The notes under the pieces are model-generated. The model was not told the DNA's origin. It made no database searches and saw nothing but the letters and a program-made list of their open reading frames with translations. Below, one piece after another: positions 52,070 to 63,950 of a DNA stretch of 64,000 nucleotides. The position numbers were made by a program, and so were the translations under genes. Each line of letters starts with the position of its first letter. Position 1 is the first letter of the stretch. Source of the stretch: an uncultured Chlamydiae bacterium (GTDB lineage: Bacteria; Chlamydiota; Chlamydiia; Chlamydiales; JAJFMA01); NCBI GenBank assembly GCA_963713615.1, contig CAVQMM010000001.1, positions 1,280,001 through 1,344,000 on the forward strand, written 5' to 3'.

Positions 52070-52648
52070 ATGTATTCTTGGCGCTCTATTTCACTTGTTA
52101 TCCTTGGAATGCTCACTATGCTTTCTTCACCCGTTGAAGCTGAGGTCATCTGGGCAAAAATCTACTGGAAATCCGATTTCTGTCCTCCCTCCTGCTACCC
52201 CCTTCTTGAACGGCGCCTTAGGGCCATCGACTCTGTCTCTCGCGTAGACTTCAACTTTGCTGAAGGCTTTGCCAAGCTAGTCTGGAAACCTACTGTACCT
52301 TATGAAGATCGTAAAATCCGAACACCCATGGCTTGGGTTGGACTTGCTATCCACAATGTACGCGTCAGAATTCGAGGGACTATCATTCATGACAATGGAG
52401 ATGTGTATATAGTCTCTCTCGGTGATGAAACCAAGATGCCCCTACTAAGCCCCCCCAAGCCCGAAGAAGGTCGCTACATCACCAAGCCCAATCGTGTGGC
52501 ATGCTGCCTCGAACCAAAACTTAAGGAACGCCTCTTAGAAGCCGAAAATAAACATGAAGTTGTCACCCTAGAAGGTTCAGTCATTCAACCGCACCGCCCC
52601 CCTGTTCACCTGTCTGTGGAAAGTGCAGAGTATCATGCGGTTGAATAG
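52070..52648 (+). CDS. Secreted protein with HMA-like N-terminal domain
   Basis: Signal peptide, then 'FCPPSC...LERRLRAIDSVSRVDFNFAEG.AKL'. Confidence 0.55.
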   Translation: MYSWRSISLVILGMLTMLSSPVEAEVIWAKIYWKSDFCPPSCYPLLERRLRAIDSVSRVDFNFAEGFAKLVWKPTVPYEDRKIRTPMAWVGLAIHNVRVRIRGTIIHDNGDVYIVSLGDETKMPLLSPPKPEEGRYITKPNRVACCLEPKLKERLLEAENKHEVVTLEGSVIQPHRPPVHLSVESAEYHAVE

Positions 52649-52700
52649 CAGTGTTCACAATGGCTTTTGGGGATTTTTACAGCTCCGCCTTAGCCTAGAG

Positions 52701-52751
52701 TGTTCATTTTGATGACATTTTTTCAAGGCCAAAATGCCATCAAAATGAACA
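52701..52751. terminator. Hairpin between convergent genes
   Basis: tgttcattttgatgacatttt ... aaaatgccatcaaaatgaaca. Confidence 0.5.
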
Positions 52752-52759
52752 TCTGAGCC

Positions 52760-53278
52760 TTAGGTTGTCTTTAGGTAATTTAATGCGGCCACAGCGACTT
52801 CGGTAAGTTTGCCTAGGGTCAAAACCTCTCCTTCATGCACCCAAAAGACTAGACCATCAGATACAAATACTCTCTCAAGCTTTAACAGCTTGTCTAATTG
52901 CATTGCTGTAAAACCTGTAGACAACTTGTCAGATGCCACCAGACCAGGTTGCAAAAATTGATATAGTTCTATCATCCCCGCGCCGCATGCAGCTACTGAG
53001 GCAATCCCCAAAAGCAGCAACCCAACACGCTGTGCAACCAAAAATACGCGTTGTGAATCCCAAGGTTGTGAAGCCGGTTGGTCCTTTCCACCACATAATT
53101 GGTAAAACCAGCTCACGACTTTTTGCTTTGATGTACGTTCCTCCCCACTGTCAGAAGCGATAATCCAATGCCCAAAGTTCTTGCATGTCTCTATCGTCGG
53201 TTTAACCGCACCACCTAGCGAAAAACTCGACTGTGAAACTGAACCGAAATTTCTAATCATCATCTGTCCTCCCATCAT
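52760..53278 (-). CDS. Hypothetical membrane protein
   Basis: 172-aa ORF with one hydrophobic stretch. Confidence 0.55.
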   Translation of the reverse strand: MMGGQMMIRNFGSVSQSSFSLGGAVKPTIETCKNFGHWIIASDSGEERTSKQKVVSWFYQLCGGKDQPASQPWDSQRVFLVAQRVGLLLLGIASVAACGAGMIELYQFLQPGLVASDKLSTGFTAMQLDKLLKLERVFVSDGLVFWVHEGEVLTLGKLTEVAVAALNYLKTT

Positions 53279-53460
53279 GAACAGTCATTATGTCCTCTAA
53301 CATGTATCATCTTAAACTCTAATAGTTAAAGGCGCTTTAAGATCACATCAAGCCTCCTAAAACATAGGGTGACAAGAACAAAGGTTCAGGTGGATTTAAG
53401 AAAATAGTCGGTCTTTGTAGTCCATTGTCTAGACTGTTAATATGACAATTCATACAATCT

Positions 53461-54051
53461 TTGTTTAGCATCACCACAAAATGGGAGAAATCTGTGTCAA
53501 AAAGGCGCTTTATAATTATTAGTTTATCGCTTGTCCCCGCTATCTTGTTGGCTGCTATTTGGACTCCCGTACTACTTAAGGCGCATACGCCGCCTGGGAT
53601 TGCGTACGACTGTCCATTTTGCCGTGAGAGTACGGTTGAAGGTCAAGCGGTATACCAAGGCACGCATCTAATGGTGTTAGCCAACTGGACTCCGGTTCTA
53701 CCCGGTCATCTTATGATCATTCCAAGAAGACATGTCGTTAGGGTCTCTGAACTCAATCCAGAAGAACTAGTCGAATTTGGCGACGTGGTAGGTCGTATTC
53801 AGGAGGCATTTCAGCGCGTTTATGGTTCGTCAGACATGCTTTTATGTGCCCAAGATGGTGTTAAGGCCGGCCAAACGGTATATCATATGCACTTCCACGC
53901 CATTCCTCGCCCAGAGCAAAACGTCTTTACCAAGTTAAAGCTCTGGTACATCATGTTGGTCCGTCCAATTGGATCTGCCAATAGAATGACTCCGGAGCAA
54001 ATCCAAATCGAATATGCCCCTCTTGCTGAAGCCATGCAGAACCCCACATAG
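53461..54051 (+). CDS. HIT family hydrolase with N-terminal membrane anchor
   Basis: 'CPFC', 'PVLPGHLMIIPRRH', 'AGQTVYHMHFHAIPR'. Confidence 0.88.
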   Translation: MFSITTKWEKSVSKRRFIIISLSLVPAILLAAIWTPVLLKAHTPPGIAYDCPFCRESTVEGQAVYQGTHLMVLANWTPVLPGHLMIIPRRHVVRVSELNPEELVEFGDVVGRIQEAFQRVYGSSDMLLCAQDGVKAGQTVYHMHFHAIPRPEQNVFTKLKLWYIMLVRPIGSANRMTPEQIQIEYAPLAEAMQNPT

Positions 54052-54128
54052 CAGGAGGAATGTTTTTCGTAAGGTTGTAAAGGATAAGCTTTTCGCAGTC
54101 ATGGAATGACTGCGCCACAGAAAAGAGG

Positions 54129-54159
54129 AAAAAAAGAGCCTCCCTTTTGGGGAGGCTCT
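54129..54159 (-). terminator. Rho-independent terminator
   Basis: agagcctccc-tttt-ggggaggctct hairpin with an A run (U-tract on the minus strand) after the 54189 stop. Confidence 0.8.
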
Positions 54160-54188
54160 AGATCTTGACCTGCAGGGAAGTAAGGCGG

Positions 54189-56243
54189 TTAACGCGATTC
54201 ATCCAACACACAGCGGAAGCCTGTGTTGTCATTATAATGATCCGCGTCTAGACGCAGGCGTAATGCCCCGTCATTGTCATCATTGTCAATCGCTACAAAT
54301 CCGCGCCGAACGACCTTTTCATCGGCTAGGCGGGCGGCATTGGAAGCAAATGTTCGCGCAACTTTATTCACCACCGCAGGAGCACTTGTGGCGGTCCATT
54401 CTGCAACTTGACCCGAAAGCTCATCCAACGCGCGGCCAAAGGTCACTTGAGGCAATCGAGTATCGGCCATGACAGGCTCAAAACTAGCAATCAGTGAAAG
54501 CACGGAAAACGCCTGGTCATCCATCACACTCTTCTGAGCAGCCATGGTTGCGTTTAACAGGTGATTAGCCTGGTGTGAGGCTAGCTCCCACTCTGCTTCT
54601 GTAGGTAAACGTTTGCCAGCCCATGCAGCATATGCCTTAGCATCATTGTAAGAGACATTGACAACGGCATCGTTTTCCTGCCCAGTAGGAATACGACCGC
54701 CAGTCCAGTGCGCCGGAGCGCGATGTCCGGAAGCCTCGACAAACAGCTGATATTCCTCGTTGGTAACTTCGTGCTTATCAACAAAGAAATTAGGCACGTG
54801 AACATATTGTGAAGGTTTATTAAGCGTTGGCAACAAATTTGTCACGCGATGCTGGTACGTATTCCCATTCAGCACACCATAATCTTCATCAACATCAGCC
54901 AAGATTGTGGCGCCAGGAACAAAAACCATTTCGCCGTCAGGTATATCTGATGCTAATATATCTGATGCTAACAACAACTGAGGACTGTTGTCGTCATCAA
55001 GCAAGTTATCCTCACAGTCCTCTACACCAGCAGCAGCAAAGAAATAGGCAGCTTCCGCTGGCTCAAACTGATGTGGAGCCACTTCATCCTCGTCAGCGTC
55101 TGCTAACCAAATAGGATGGACATTTCCTTCTTCGCCATCACCACTATCGAACTCGTCGTCAGAAGCGAACCAAAAACCTTGGGGCGGAAAACCGTTAATC
55201 CCATCGTGGCTAGCATCATCATTGCTGTCGAGGCTATGATCGCTCTCGTTTGCAGCACCCCACATAGCTTCCTCGTAGATGTCATCCTTATCTTCTGAAT
55301 CTTCAAAGAAGTGTATCTCGGCGGCTATGAGGTCTGTGGCACCATCGGCATCATCGATACCACTGGTATGATGATACAATTCGGATACTGTAGGCTCATC
55401 ACTGATGGCGTAATCACCCAGGTTAAGACGCAACTCTGCTATCTGGTCCCATGGTATTCGTACTGTGTTGCCCTGATTGATGATGCGCAAGCCTAATGTT
55501 GGGTTCTTAACAAAATTGAATCCCAGGTGCTCATCACCGACTTCACCTTCAATACTACCTTGCAAGCCTCCGTTGAATTGAACATCCACCAACTTATTGC
55601 TAGGGATACTAAGATCCTGCCAACCATCTGTGAGCTGGATGTCTTCCGCCTCTAACGTGACAGCTAACTGGTCACCGTTGCGTAGACTTAGGTGATAAAA
55701 ACGGTTCTGAGCATGTACTTCACTCAACTGCTGGTTTTTCAATACTAGGCTATTCACATCGTAAGGATCTATTTCCGTCAGAACATAGCGCACGTTATTG
55801 GTATCACCTCTAACACTGCGGTCGCCACGGGCAACTGGAACTTTGCGACTGAAGAGCACCTTCTCCTGAGGAAGGTCCCCAACAAAGTTCTCACCATTCC
55901 GGGTGATCACCTGCATTTTGGGATGACCATCGACCAAACCAAACGTAACTGACGCCACCTCTCCAACATGAAAACTAACAGTGCCAAATGGATAGTGAAG
56001 GTCGGGAATCTTTTCTAAACGGCCACTAACCTTACGGCCATCTCGCAGAACAAGGAGGTCCCCATTCTGAGCTTTTTGCTTACCTAATTCTCTCCATTGC
56101 ACAGGACCCAGCAGATCATCTTTTGTCGACGTATTGTTGTTGGCAGCCTCGAGGCTAGCTGCACTTCCCATAAATGCACAGGAGGCCAATACAAAATGTT
56201 GTATCATTTTCCAATTTGGATAGTGTAACGACATATCTCCCAC
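54189..56243 (-). CDS. Secreted protein with acidic linker and C-terminal FGE-sulfatase (SUMF1-like) domain
   Basis: Signal peptide; 'DKHEVTNEEY', 'RLPTEAEWE', 'GFRC'. Confidence 0.8.
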   Translation of the reverse strand: MGDMSLHYPNWKMIQHFVLASCAFMGSAASLEAANNNTSTKDDLLGPVQWRELGKQKAQNGDLLVLRDGRKVSGRLEKIPDLHYPFGTVSFHVGEVASVTFGLVDGHPKMQVITRNGENFVGDLPQEKVLFSRKVPVARGDRSVRGDTNNVRYVLTEIDPYDVNSLVLKNQQLSEVHAQNRFYHLSLRNGDQLAVTLEAEDIQLTDGWQDLSIPSNKLVDVQFNGGLQGSIEGEVGDEHLGFNFVKNPTLGLRIINQGNTVRIPWDQIAELRLNLGDYAISDEPTVSELYHHTSGIDDADGATDLIAAEIHFFEDSEDKDDIYEEAMWGAANESDHSLDSNDDASHDGINGFPPQGFWFASDDEFDSGDGEEGNVHPIWLADADEDEVAPHQFEPAEAAYFFAAAGVEDCEDNLLDDDNSPQLLLASDILASDIPDGEMVFVPGATILADVDEDYGVLNGNTYQHRVTNLLPTLNKPSQYVHVPNFFVDKHEVTNEEYQLFVEASGHRAPAHWTGGRIPTGQENDAVVNVSYNDAKAYAAWAGKRLPTEAEWELASHQANHLLNATMAAQKSVMDDQAFSVLSLIASFEPVMADTRLPQVTFGRALDELSGQVAEWTATSAPAVVNKVARTFASNAARLADEKVVRRGFVAIDNDDNDGALRLRLDADHYNDNTGFRCVLDESR

Positions 56244-56397
56244 CTTTTCCCAGATTTGAACCTTTTCAGCAAACGAACGTTAAAACGAACTTTAGAACCA
56301 CTCAACCAAAAAAGGAAAGAAAAATTTGATAGCAAGAAAAAGAAGAATGAGTTGGAGGCAGCGAATGCAAGCCGAATGGCTGTGAAAAAGAAAAGAA

Positions 56398-56850
56398 AGG
56401 AGAGAGAAGAGGAATTAGGATTTTTTACCGCCGAGGCGCCGAGACACCGAGATAGGAGAGAGAGGAGGGAATGACCGGTTTGTAGGGCCTAAGACCAATC
56501 CTGCCTAAGGAGCTCTGTAGGGATATCTTCCCACAAGGCCCTTAGACAGGATTGGTCTTAGGCCCCACAAACCGATCAAGTGCTCAATCTAACTTTTTCT
56601 GTTAAATCGAGGATCGGTCCCTTTTTGGCGCTGTACAAAGTCCTGTCTGAGGGCTATAACAGAGCTATATTCCTGCGGACCTCTCAGACAGGACTTTGTA
56701 CAGCGCCAGAAAGAGACATTTCTTTCCTCTCTCTCCTATCTCGGCGCCTCGGCGGTAAAATCCTACTTCCTCTCCTTATCTTCTTCCTCTCTCCTATACC
56801 CTCGCTCCTATATCCTCGAATATCCTCGCTCCCCCTGTGGTAAAAAATCC
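56398..56850. repeat. Family F element with two nested hairpin elements (56476-56574 and 56626-56708)
   Basis: 'taccgccgaggcgccgaga..gataggagagagagg' ... 'cctctctctcctatctcggcgcctcggcggta'; inner cggtttgtagggcctaagaccaatcctg/caggattggtcttaggccccacaaaccg and tggcgctgtacaaagtcctgtctgag/ctcagacaggactttgtacagcgcca. Confidence 0.88.
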
Positions 56851-56898
56851 TCAGATTGGCTATAATTCACTCTCATTAACCTCCAATCCAAGCTTCCA

Positions 56899-59800
56899 GT
56901 GACCGATCGAAAAATTATTCTCCGTCAGGTGCGGGTCCATAATCTGAAGTCTATAGACCTTACCCTGGACACCAACCAGCTCATCGTCTTCACAGGCGTT
57001 TCAGGATCTGGTAAGTCATCGCTAGCCTTCGACACTCTTTACGTCGAGGGGCAGCGCCGCTATGTGGATTCATTATCGACTTTTGCCAGGCGTCAGATGG
57101 GCGAAATGGCTAAGCCCGACCTGGAACATGCCGAAGGGATCTCCCCGACAATCTCTATCGAACAAAAAACTGCTGGACGAAACCCTCGCTCCACTGTTGG
57201 GACGATGACAGAGATCTATGACTACCTACGTGTCTTATTTGCACGTGTTGGCGTGCCCCACTGCCCCGTTAGCGGCGAACCTGTAACACCGCAAAGCCGC
57301 GAGCGTATCATCAGGCTTGTTCAGAGTCTTCCCACAAATACCAAGTTGATTATCTTAGCTCCCTACGCTCGAAACAAAAAGGCTGAGTTCAAAGAAGACT
57401 TCCAAGATCTCTTACGCAAAGGGTTCACGCGCGTACGAATTGACGGAACCATCCTAAGTCTAGAAAATGAAATCTCTCTCGATGGCAGCGTAGCCCACAA
57501 CGTCGACATCGTCATAGACAGGCTGAAGGTTGACAAAAGCAGCGACTCACGCATTGCCGAAGCCATCACCCAAGCTGTCAACCTCGGTAATGGCGTCTGT
57601 AGCGTTTTTGATGTCGACACTGAGGAAGAACATCTTTATTCGATGCATGCCTATTCACAAGGCTCTGGCTTATCCTACGAAGCTCTTGAGCCTCACGATT
57701 TCTCCTTCAATAGCCCGTCAGGCATGTGCCCCACCTGCAATGGCATGGGAGAGGTCAAAGACTTTGATGTCGACAAAGTCATCGACAAAGAGCTCAGCAT
57801 TGCTGAGGATTGCTGCAGCGTAGGTTCTTCCTACCAGACAGTTCGCTATGGAAACATTTACGACAACCTGGCGCGCCTCTATCGCTTTAGCGTACATACC
57901 CCTTGGAACAAGCTCACCGCTGCAGCGCAAAAAGTTTTCCTCTACGGAAATAACAAAAAATACACGCGCATGCAGTTTATCCACCCCGAAACCGGAGCTA
58001 CTTGGTCAGACTATGTTGCCTGGCGTGGGGTGATGACAGAAGCTCAACAGCGCTTCCGTGACGCCACAAGCGATTCTTACCGCAACAAGATGCTGAAGCT
58101 GATGACCGTTCAGCCCTGTCCTGAATGCCATGGATCACGCCTAAAGGCCTACCCTGCCGCGACTCTCCTGGGTGGCAAGAGCATTCATGAACTGACCTCC
58201 ATGACCGTTGAACAGTGCTACAGCTTCTTTGAACATCTTAAACTCAGCGAAACGGATCGCATAATCGCCGACGAGCTCCTCAAAGAAATCCAGCAACGCC
58301 TCAAGTTCTTGCTCGATGTAGGTCTCCATTACCTCAGCCTAAGCCGAACAGCCCCGACACTATCGGGAGGAGAATCTCAGCGCGTACGTCTTGCGTCACA
58401 GATAGGTTGCGGGTTAGTGGGAGTCACCTACATCCTCGACGAACCCTCCATCGGTCTTCATCCACGCGACAACAAACGCCTGATCGAAACCCTCAAACAC
58501 TTACGCGATAAGGGCAATACGGTTGTCGTGGTTGAGCATGATGAAGAAACGATGTGGGAAGCTGACCACGTGGTAGACTTCGGTCCAGGCGCCGGCAGCC
58601 GTGGTGGTAATGTTGTTTGTAGTGGCAGCCTTCACGACCTTATCGAATGCGAGGGTTCCCTCACGGCTGATTATCTCGCTGGTCGACGGGTCATCGCTGT
58701 TCCCAAAAAGCGCCGTAAAGGCAATGGAAGCAGCCTAACTATCAAGGGTGCCGCACATCATAATCTCAAAGATGTCTCCATCAAGATTCCCCTGGGATGC
58801 TTCATCGCGATTACTGGTGTATCAGGCTCCGGTAAATCCTCACTCATCAGCGATACACTATACCCTATCTTGGCAAACACTCTGCATAAGGCTGAACTCG
58901 AGGTCGGCAAGAATACGGGTATTGAAGGGCTGGATGCGATCGACAAAGTCATCGCTATTGATCAAACTCCCATCGGACGCAACCCACGCTCAAACCCTGC
59001 TACATACATCAAATTATTCGATGAAATCCGGGATCTTTTCAGCCAGCTGCCCGAAAGTCGTGCCAGAGGCTACCAACCCGGACGCTTTAGCTTTAATGTT
59101 AAGGAAGGTTCGTGCCCACGCTGTCTAGGGATGGGCATGATCCGCATCGATATGGACTTCCTAGAAGATGCTTGGGTGGAATGCCCGGCATGCAAGGGAA
59201 AGCGTTTTGATCACGAAACTCTGTCTGTACTCTTCAAAAGTAAAAACATCTACGACATCCTGGAGATGGACGTCACAGAAGCTCTGGAGCTCTTTGAAAG
59301 CATTCCCTCCATTAAGCATAAACTCGAAACCCTCCAACAAGTAGGCATGGAGTACATCAAGCTAGGTCAATCATCGACAACGCTTTCTGGTGGTGAAGCC
59401 CAGCGCATTAAGCTAGCCAAAGAGCTTGTACGACCTGCCACCGGACGCACAATCTATATCCTGGATGAACCTACCACCGGCTTACACTTCTACGATATCC
59501 AGCATCTCTTAGACGTCTTGCATAAATTGGTCGAACGCGGAAACACCGTCGTCGTCATCGAACACAACATGGATGTCGTAAAAACGGCAGATTGGATCAT
59601 TGACTTAGGTCCAGAAGGTGGTGAACAAGGTGGCTACATTGTCGCCAAAGGAACTCCGGAAGCCATCGCCAAGAAAACGGGGCCTACGGGTTCTGCCCTT
59701 AAGACCGTGCTTCAAAGAGATCCCGCGGCCGATGTCAAAAAGTTCCTAGCTACAAAGCGAAAGCGCAAAGCTGATGTCGTCGTACCGCCCTGCAAATTTC

Positions 59801-62574
59801 TGACGGTACGAGGTGCAGAGCAGCACAACCTCAAGCATCTCGACGTAGATATTCCCAGAGAAAAAATCACCGTTCTGACGGGTCCCTCGGGCTCCGGCAA
59901 AACATCCTTAGCCTTCGATACGATCTATGCCGAGGGACAACGTCGTTACATCGAATCCCTCTCGCCCTACGCTCGGCAGTTTGTTAAGCAAATGCCTAAG
60001 CCGAAGGTGGGGCAGGTCGATGGTCTTTCACCAGCTATCGCTATCGAACAGAAATCCCATGCTGGAAATCCACGTAGTACCGTGGGCACGATGACAGAAA
60101 TCTACGATTACCTGCGCGTCCTATTTGCACGGGTTGGTATTCCCCATTGTCCTGAGACAGGAGAAGTGATCAAAGCGATCAGTAAGGATCATGTGGTCGA
60201 TCGTATTCTAAGCTACCCAAAAGGAGAAAGGCTGCATATTCTAGCAGCTTTAGAGGTTCGCAAGGGGGAGAACTTTGAAGCTGTGACTAATCGCCTGCAA
60301 CGTCAAGGTTACATGCGTATTCGGCTCAACAACGAATTCTATTCGCTCGAAGAGCAGGGTGCCTCACCGATCCCCTACGATCGCCGCCGCAAAAACACGC
60401 TTTTTCTGGTCATAGATCGTCTTAAAGTCGAGGACTCCGCCAGAACACGCCTCTTCGAAGCGGTTGAAAATGCTTCCGAAATGGGTGGTGGTGCCCTCAC
60501 TGTCTTGCGAGAAGATGGTCAGGAAGTTTTCTTTAATCTCACTTACTCCGTAGAAAGTACAGGCAAATCCTACCCAGAAATCACCCCTCACACGTTTTCA
60601 TTTAATACGGTTGAAGGAATGTGCCCAGAATGCCAAGGGCTTGGCGTTCAGTATGGGGCTAATCTTTCCCAACAATCCACTCTTGGGCAGCTTAGCGTTT
60701 CTAATCTCATACGCCTGCTCTGCAAAGAGCTTATGGCTTATCCAGCTTGGAGTTTAGTAGCCGATGTCTTGAAGCTCAACGGTATCCCTACCTATCAAAC
60801 CGTGGCCAACCTGACGACCGAGCAAACACACTTCCTGTTTAACGGTGGTGGCAAAGAGCTTCCGCACGAAGGTGGGTCTCTCAATTGGATCGGCATTAAC
60901 AATCTACTTGTGAAAATAGCCAAAAGTGCGACTAGCGAGATACGCGAATTGGTCATTCCTATGCTTGATGCTCAGGAGTGCTCCACATGCCAAGGCTCGC
61001 GCCTCAATGCGCTGGCGCGACATGTCACTATCGATGGTCATGGGATTGCTGATGTCTGTCGCTGGCCTATCGAGCAGTCTTTCGCCTTTATGGAGCAATT
61101 TGTCCTGCCACCGACAGAACGAAAATTCCTCGATGAGGTCAAAAAACAGCTGATAGACCGTCTATCCTTTTTGAATGAAGTGGGTCTAGGATATCTATCC
61201 TTGCATCGTACTGCACCTACCCTCAGTGGGGGCGAAGCTCAGCGCATTCGCCTCGCCAAGCAACTAGGCAGTGGTCTTACTGGCGTACTATACGTTCTGG
61301 ATGAGCCCACCATCGGCCTGCATCCTCGCGACAATGAGCGTCTCAACGAAGCTCTCGTTAGGCTACGGGATCTTGGTAACACAATCATTATGGTCGAGCA
61401 TGATCCTCTTACAATCATCAAGGCTGATTACCTCCTGGATTTTGGTCCACAATCAGGTAGCCATGGCGGACATATCACTGCTCGCGGTACCATCAAGCAG
61501 ATTCTGAAAAACAAGGATTCTCTGACCGGGGCTTATTTGTCGGGTAGTAAGAAGGTTCCTGTACCCTCCAGGCGTCGTGGTGCTAATGGGGGAGTCATCA
61601 CCATCAGCAATGCAACGAAGCACAACCTCAAAAATGTGTCTGTGGCCATACCTTTGGGGACAATGGTCGCTTTGACAGGTGTATCGGGATCCGGTAAGTC
61701 AACATTGCTCCATCATATCCTGCTGCCGGCCCTCGAACATGGCATTGGCAACCATGATAAAGTGGTTGTCTCTGGAGCCATCATCGCAGGGATTGAACAA
61801 GTCGATAAGGTGATCTCCATCGATCAAAATCCCATCGGTCGAACATCTCGTTCCGACGTCTGCACCTATGTCGATGTCCTAACGCCTATCCGTGAATTCT
61901 TCGCATCGCTGCCAGAAGCGCGCAGGCGTGGACTACAGCCAAAGCACTTTAGCTATAACCACAGACGCGGCATGTGTACGGCCTGCTGGGGAATGGGTTA
62001 CCGCAAGGTTGAAATGCATTTCTTGCCACCCGTGAAAGTGGTCTGCGATGAATGCCATGGCCTGCGCCTGAACCCGGTTAGCCTGGAAGTGGAATACAAA
62101 GGAAAAACCCTTGGTCACTACCTAGATACTACTGTCGACGAGGTCCGCGTTGCCTTTGAGAATCATCCAAGGATCGTGCGCATCCTAGACACTTTAATTT
62201 CGGTAGGATTAGGTTACCTCAAACTAGGTCAGGAGATGGCTTCGTTGTCGGGCGGTGAAGCACAACGTATCAAGCTAAGCCGCGACCTAGCTAAGCGTTC
62301 GCGCGGTAAAACAATTTATCTGCTCGACGAACCCACCACAGGTCTCCATAGCGACGATGTGAAGAAGCTCCTGGGCGTGCTGCACCGCCTCGTCGACCAA
62401 GGCCATACTATCGTGTTCATCGAACACAATAGCGACATGATCCGCAACGCTGACTACCTCATCGACCTGGGCCCAGAAGCTGGCGAGAAGGGTGGTGAAG
62501 TGGTTGTCTATGGTACTCCCGAAAAGGTAGCCAAACATCCTACCTCCTGGACAGCCAAGTTCCTGCGCGATTAA
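56899..62574 (+). CDS. uvrA: Excinuclease ABC subunit A, tandem double-length chlamydial form
   Basis: Four Walker A (GxSGSGKS/T) and four 'LSGGE.QR' motifs; 1891 aa. Confidence 0.97.
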   Translation: MTDRKIILRQVRVHNLKSIDLTLDTNQLIVFTGVSGSGKSSLAFDTLYVEGQRRYVDSLSTFARRQMGEMAKPDLEHAEGISPTISIEQKTAGRNPRSTVGTMTEIYDYLRVLFARVGVPHCPVSGEPVTPQSRERIIRLVQSLPTNTKLIILAPYARNKKAEFKEDFQDLLRKGFTRVRIDGTILSLENEISLDGSVAHNVDIVIDRLKVDKSSDSRIAEAITQAVNLGNGVCSVFDVDTEEEHLYSMHAYSQGSGLSYEALEPHDFSFNSPSGMCPTCNGMGEVKDFDVDKVIDKELSIAEDCCSVGSSYQTVRYGNIYDNLARLYRFSVHTPWNKLTAAAQKVFLYGNNKKYTRMQFIHPETGATWSDYVAWRGVMTEAQQRFRDATSDSYRNKMLKLMTVQPCPECHGSRLKAYPAATLLGGKSIHELTSMTVEQCYSFFEHLKLSETDRIIADELLKEIQQRLKFLLDVGLHYLSLSRTAPTLSGGESQRVRLASQIGCGLVGVTYILDEPSIGLHPRDNKRLIETLKHLRDKGNTVVVVEHDEETMWEADHVVDFGPGAGSRGGNVVCSGSLHDLIECEGSLTADYLAGRRVIAVPKKRRKGNGSSLTIKGAAHHNLKDVSIKIPLGCFIAITGVSGSGKSSLISDTLYPILANTLHKAELEVGKNTGIEGLDAIDKVIAIDQTPIGRNPRSNPATYIKLFDEIRDLFSQLPESRARGYQPGRFSFNVKEGSCPRCLGMGMIRIDMDFLEDAWVECPACKGKRFDHETLSVLFKSKNIYDILEMDVTEALELFESIPSIKHKLETLQQVGMEYIKLGQSSTTLSGGEAQRIKLAKELVRPATGRTIYILDEPTTGLHFYDIQHLLDVLHKLVERGNTVVVIEHNMDVVKTADWIIDLGPEGGEQGGYIVAKGTPEAIAKKTGPTGSALKTVLQRDPAADVKKFLATKRKRKADVVVPPCKFLTVRGAEQHNLKHLDVDIPREKITVLTGPSGSGKTSLAFDTIYAEGQRRYIESLSPYARQFVKQMPKPKVGQVDGLSPAIAIEQKSHAGNPRSTVGTMTEIYDYLRVLFARVGIPHCPETGEVIKAISKDHVVDRILSYPKGERLHILAALEVRKGENFEAVTNRLQRQGYMRIRLNNEFYSLEEQGASPIPYDRRRKNTLFLVIDRLKVEDSARTRLFEAVENASEMGGGALTVLREDGQEVFFNLTYSVESTGKSYPEITPHTFSFNTVEGMCPECQGLGVQYGANLSQQSTLGQLSVSNLIRLLCKELMAYPAWSLVADVLKLNGIPTYQTVANLTTEQTHFLFNGGGKELPHEGGSLNWIGINNLLVKIAKSATSEIRELVIPMLDAQECSTCQGSRLNALARHVTIDGHGIADVCRWPIEQSFAFMEQFVLPPTERKFLDEVKKQLIDRLSFLNEVGLGYLSLHRTAPTLSGGEAQRIRLAKQLGSGLTGVLYVLDEPTIGLHPRDNERLNEALVRLRDLGNTIIMVEHDPLTIIKADYLLDFGPQSGSHGGHITARGTIKQILKNKDSLTGAYLSGSKKVPVPSRRRGANGGVITISNATKHNLKNVSVAIPLGTMVALTGVSGSGKSTLLHHILLPALEHGIGNHDKVVVSGAIIAGIEQVDKVISIDQNPIGRTSRSDVCTYVDVLTPIREFFASLPEARRRGLQPKHFSYNHRRGMCTACWGMGYRKVEMHFLPPVKVVCDECHGLRLNPVSLEVEYKGKTLGHYLDTTVDEVRVAFENHPRIVRILDTLISVGLGYLKLGQEMASLSGGEAQRIKLSRDLAKRSRGKTIYLLDEPTTGLHSDDVKKLLGVLHRLVDQGHTIVFIEHNSDMIRNADYLIDLGPEAGEKGGEVVVYGTPEKVAKHPTSWTAKFLRD

Positions 62575-62619
62575 TTAGGCCAAGGCACATGGATCTGATG
62601 GATAAATCAAGTGGTTTTT

Positions 62620-62976
62620 ATGAAACTATTAACTCTTTTAATGATTGCCGGAACAATAGTTTTTAGAACATTTTGTCAGGCTAGTCACGAATTCATCTTC
62701 GAAAAAACTGAAGATGATGAAATTAAATGTGAATTCTATATCTTTTCGCATGACGTTCCAGACGACAAGGTTAGCAAACACTATTTCTATATGAGGCATG
62801 CGATAATCCTGGTAGGCATGGATGAACAGGGAAATATGGCACGCGTAATTTTGTTTGTTACTGCCAGTAAAAACAATATTTACGTTCAGCAAAGTTGGTC
62901 CACCTATAGCATCAGTGAATTTGAACCGAAATTCTATCAATCATTGCAAATCCCAAAGAAAGAAAGTGATCAGTAG
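62620..62976 (+). CDS. Hypothetical protein, AT-rich, possible signal peptide
   Basis: MKLLTLLMIAGTIVFRTFCQA N-terminus. Confidence 0.55.
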   Translation: MKLLTLLMIAGTIVFRTFCQASHEFIFEKTEDDEIKCEFYIFSHDVPDDKVSKHYFYMRHAIILVGMDEQGNMARVILFVTASKNNIYVQQSWSTYSISEFEPKFYQSLQIPKKESDQ

Positions 62977-62988
62977 CTTTTAGATAAC

Positions 62989-63028
62989 GAGGCTACTAGA
63001 ACGATGTCGACATCCTTCTAGTAGCCTC
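62989..63028. terminator. Hairpin between convergent genes
   Basis: gaggctactagaa...ttctagtagcctc. Confidence 0.65.
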
Positions 63029-63038
63029 CTCGTATATT

Positions 63039-63950
63039 CTACAATTCAGGCTTGCTCTCATTGCGCTTGCGACGCTTGAGAAACGCAAAAGCCGCAAGGA
63101 AGGAACCCAGTATCAAATAGGTCGAAGGTTCAGGTGCACTCACTCCAGGGCCTGGCTTCGGGCCACCGCCCACGGGTGGAGTCTTAGGAGGCCCACTTGG
63201 CGGAAAAACACCCGGTGGAGTAGTTGGACCACCGCCTCCGCCACCACCGCCATTACCTCCGCTATTGTTACCACCGCCGCCGCTACCTCCATTACCTCCG
63301 CTACCGCTACCGCTACCGCTGCTGCCACCGCCACCACCTGTATCGGCTGGGCCCCCACCAAAAACGGTACCGCCATTACCTCCACCGCCGCTTCCTCCAC
63401 CGCCGCTTCCTCCACCGCCGCTTCCTCCACCGCCGCTTCCTCCTCCAGAACCGCTATCGCCGCCGCCTGAAACAGTGCCAGGACTTCCACCACCGCCGCC
63501 AGAGCCGCTACCCCCACTGTTGCCATTACCTCCGCCACTGTTGCCACCGCTGCCACTGTTGCCACCGCTGCCGCCGTTGTCACCACCGCCGCCGCCATTT
63601 CCACCATGGGCACCACCACCACCGCCACCTCCGTTGTCACCTCCACTTCCACCATGGCCACCTCCGCCGCCGTTGTCGCTACCGGAAGATCCACTTCCAC
63701 TATCGTCATCTCCTGGACAGTTATTCACGATTTCTGTCTGAAAGACTTCGGAACAGGCAGAAACCACCTGATCGACACATTCAGGCAAAACCCAGCAGTC
63801 TTGATTATCCATTGGCGCTATATCGTCATCTGCTGCTGAACAGGAATAGGGAGCACCCATGATCATCTCATCGGCTGGTAAACGGCCGATAACAACACAG
63901 GATACCAGGCCCAGCAGGAAAAGATTTCGGGCTCTTAGCCATTGTGGCAT
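63039..63950 (-). CDS. Gly/Ser-rich secreted protein with PEP-CTERM sorting signal
   Basis: N-terminal signal; GGGS low-complexity tract; C-terminal 'APEPSTYLILGSFLAAFAFLKRRKR' (PEP motif, TM, basic tail). Confidence 0.88.
   Translation of the reverse strand: MPQWLRARNLFLLGLVSCVVIGRLPADEMIMGAPYSCSAADDDIAPMDNQDCWVLPECVDQVVSACSEVFQTEIVNNCPGDDDSGSGSSGSDNGGGGGHGGSGGDNGGGGGGGAHGGNGGGGGDNGGSGGNSGSGGNSGGGNGNSGGSGSGGGGGSPGTVSGGGDSGSGGGSGGGGSGGGGSGGGGSGGGGNGGTVFGGGPADTGGGGGSSGSGSGSGGNGGSGGGGNNSGGNGGGGGGGGPTTPPGVFPPSGPPKTPPVGGGPKPGPGVSAPEPSTYLILGSFLAAFAFLKRRKRNESKPEL

Noticed and set aside
56899..62574. Double-length UvrA as a novelty
   Set aside because: Tandem-fused UvrA is the normal form in Chlamydiae.
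63140..63862. Poly-Pro, His/Arg-rich and Val/Ala-rich overlapping ORFs
   Set aside because: These are shadow frames of the GGN-rich tract; only the 63039-63950 frame has a signal peptide and PEP-CTERM tail.
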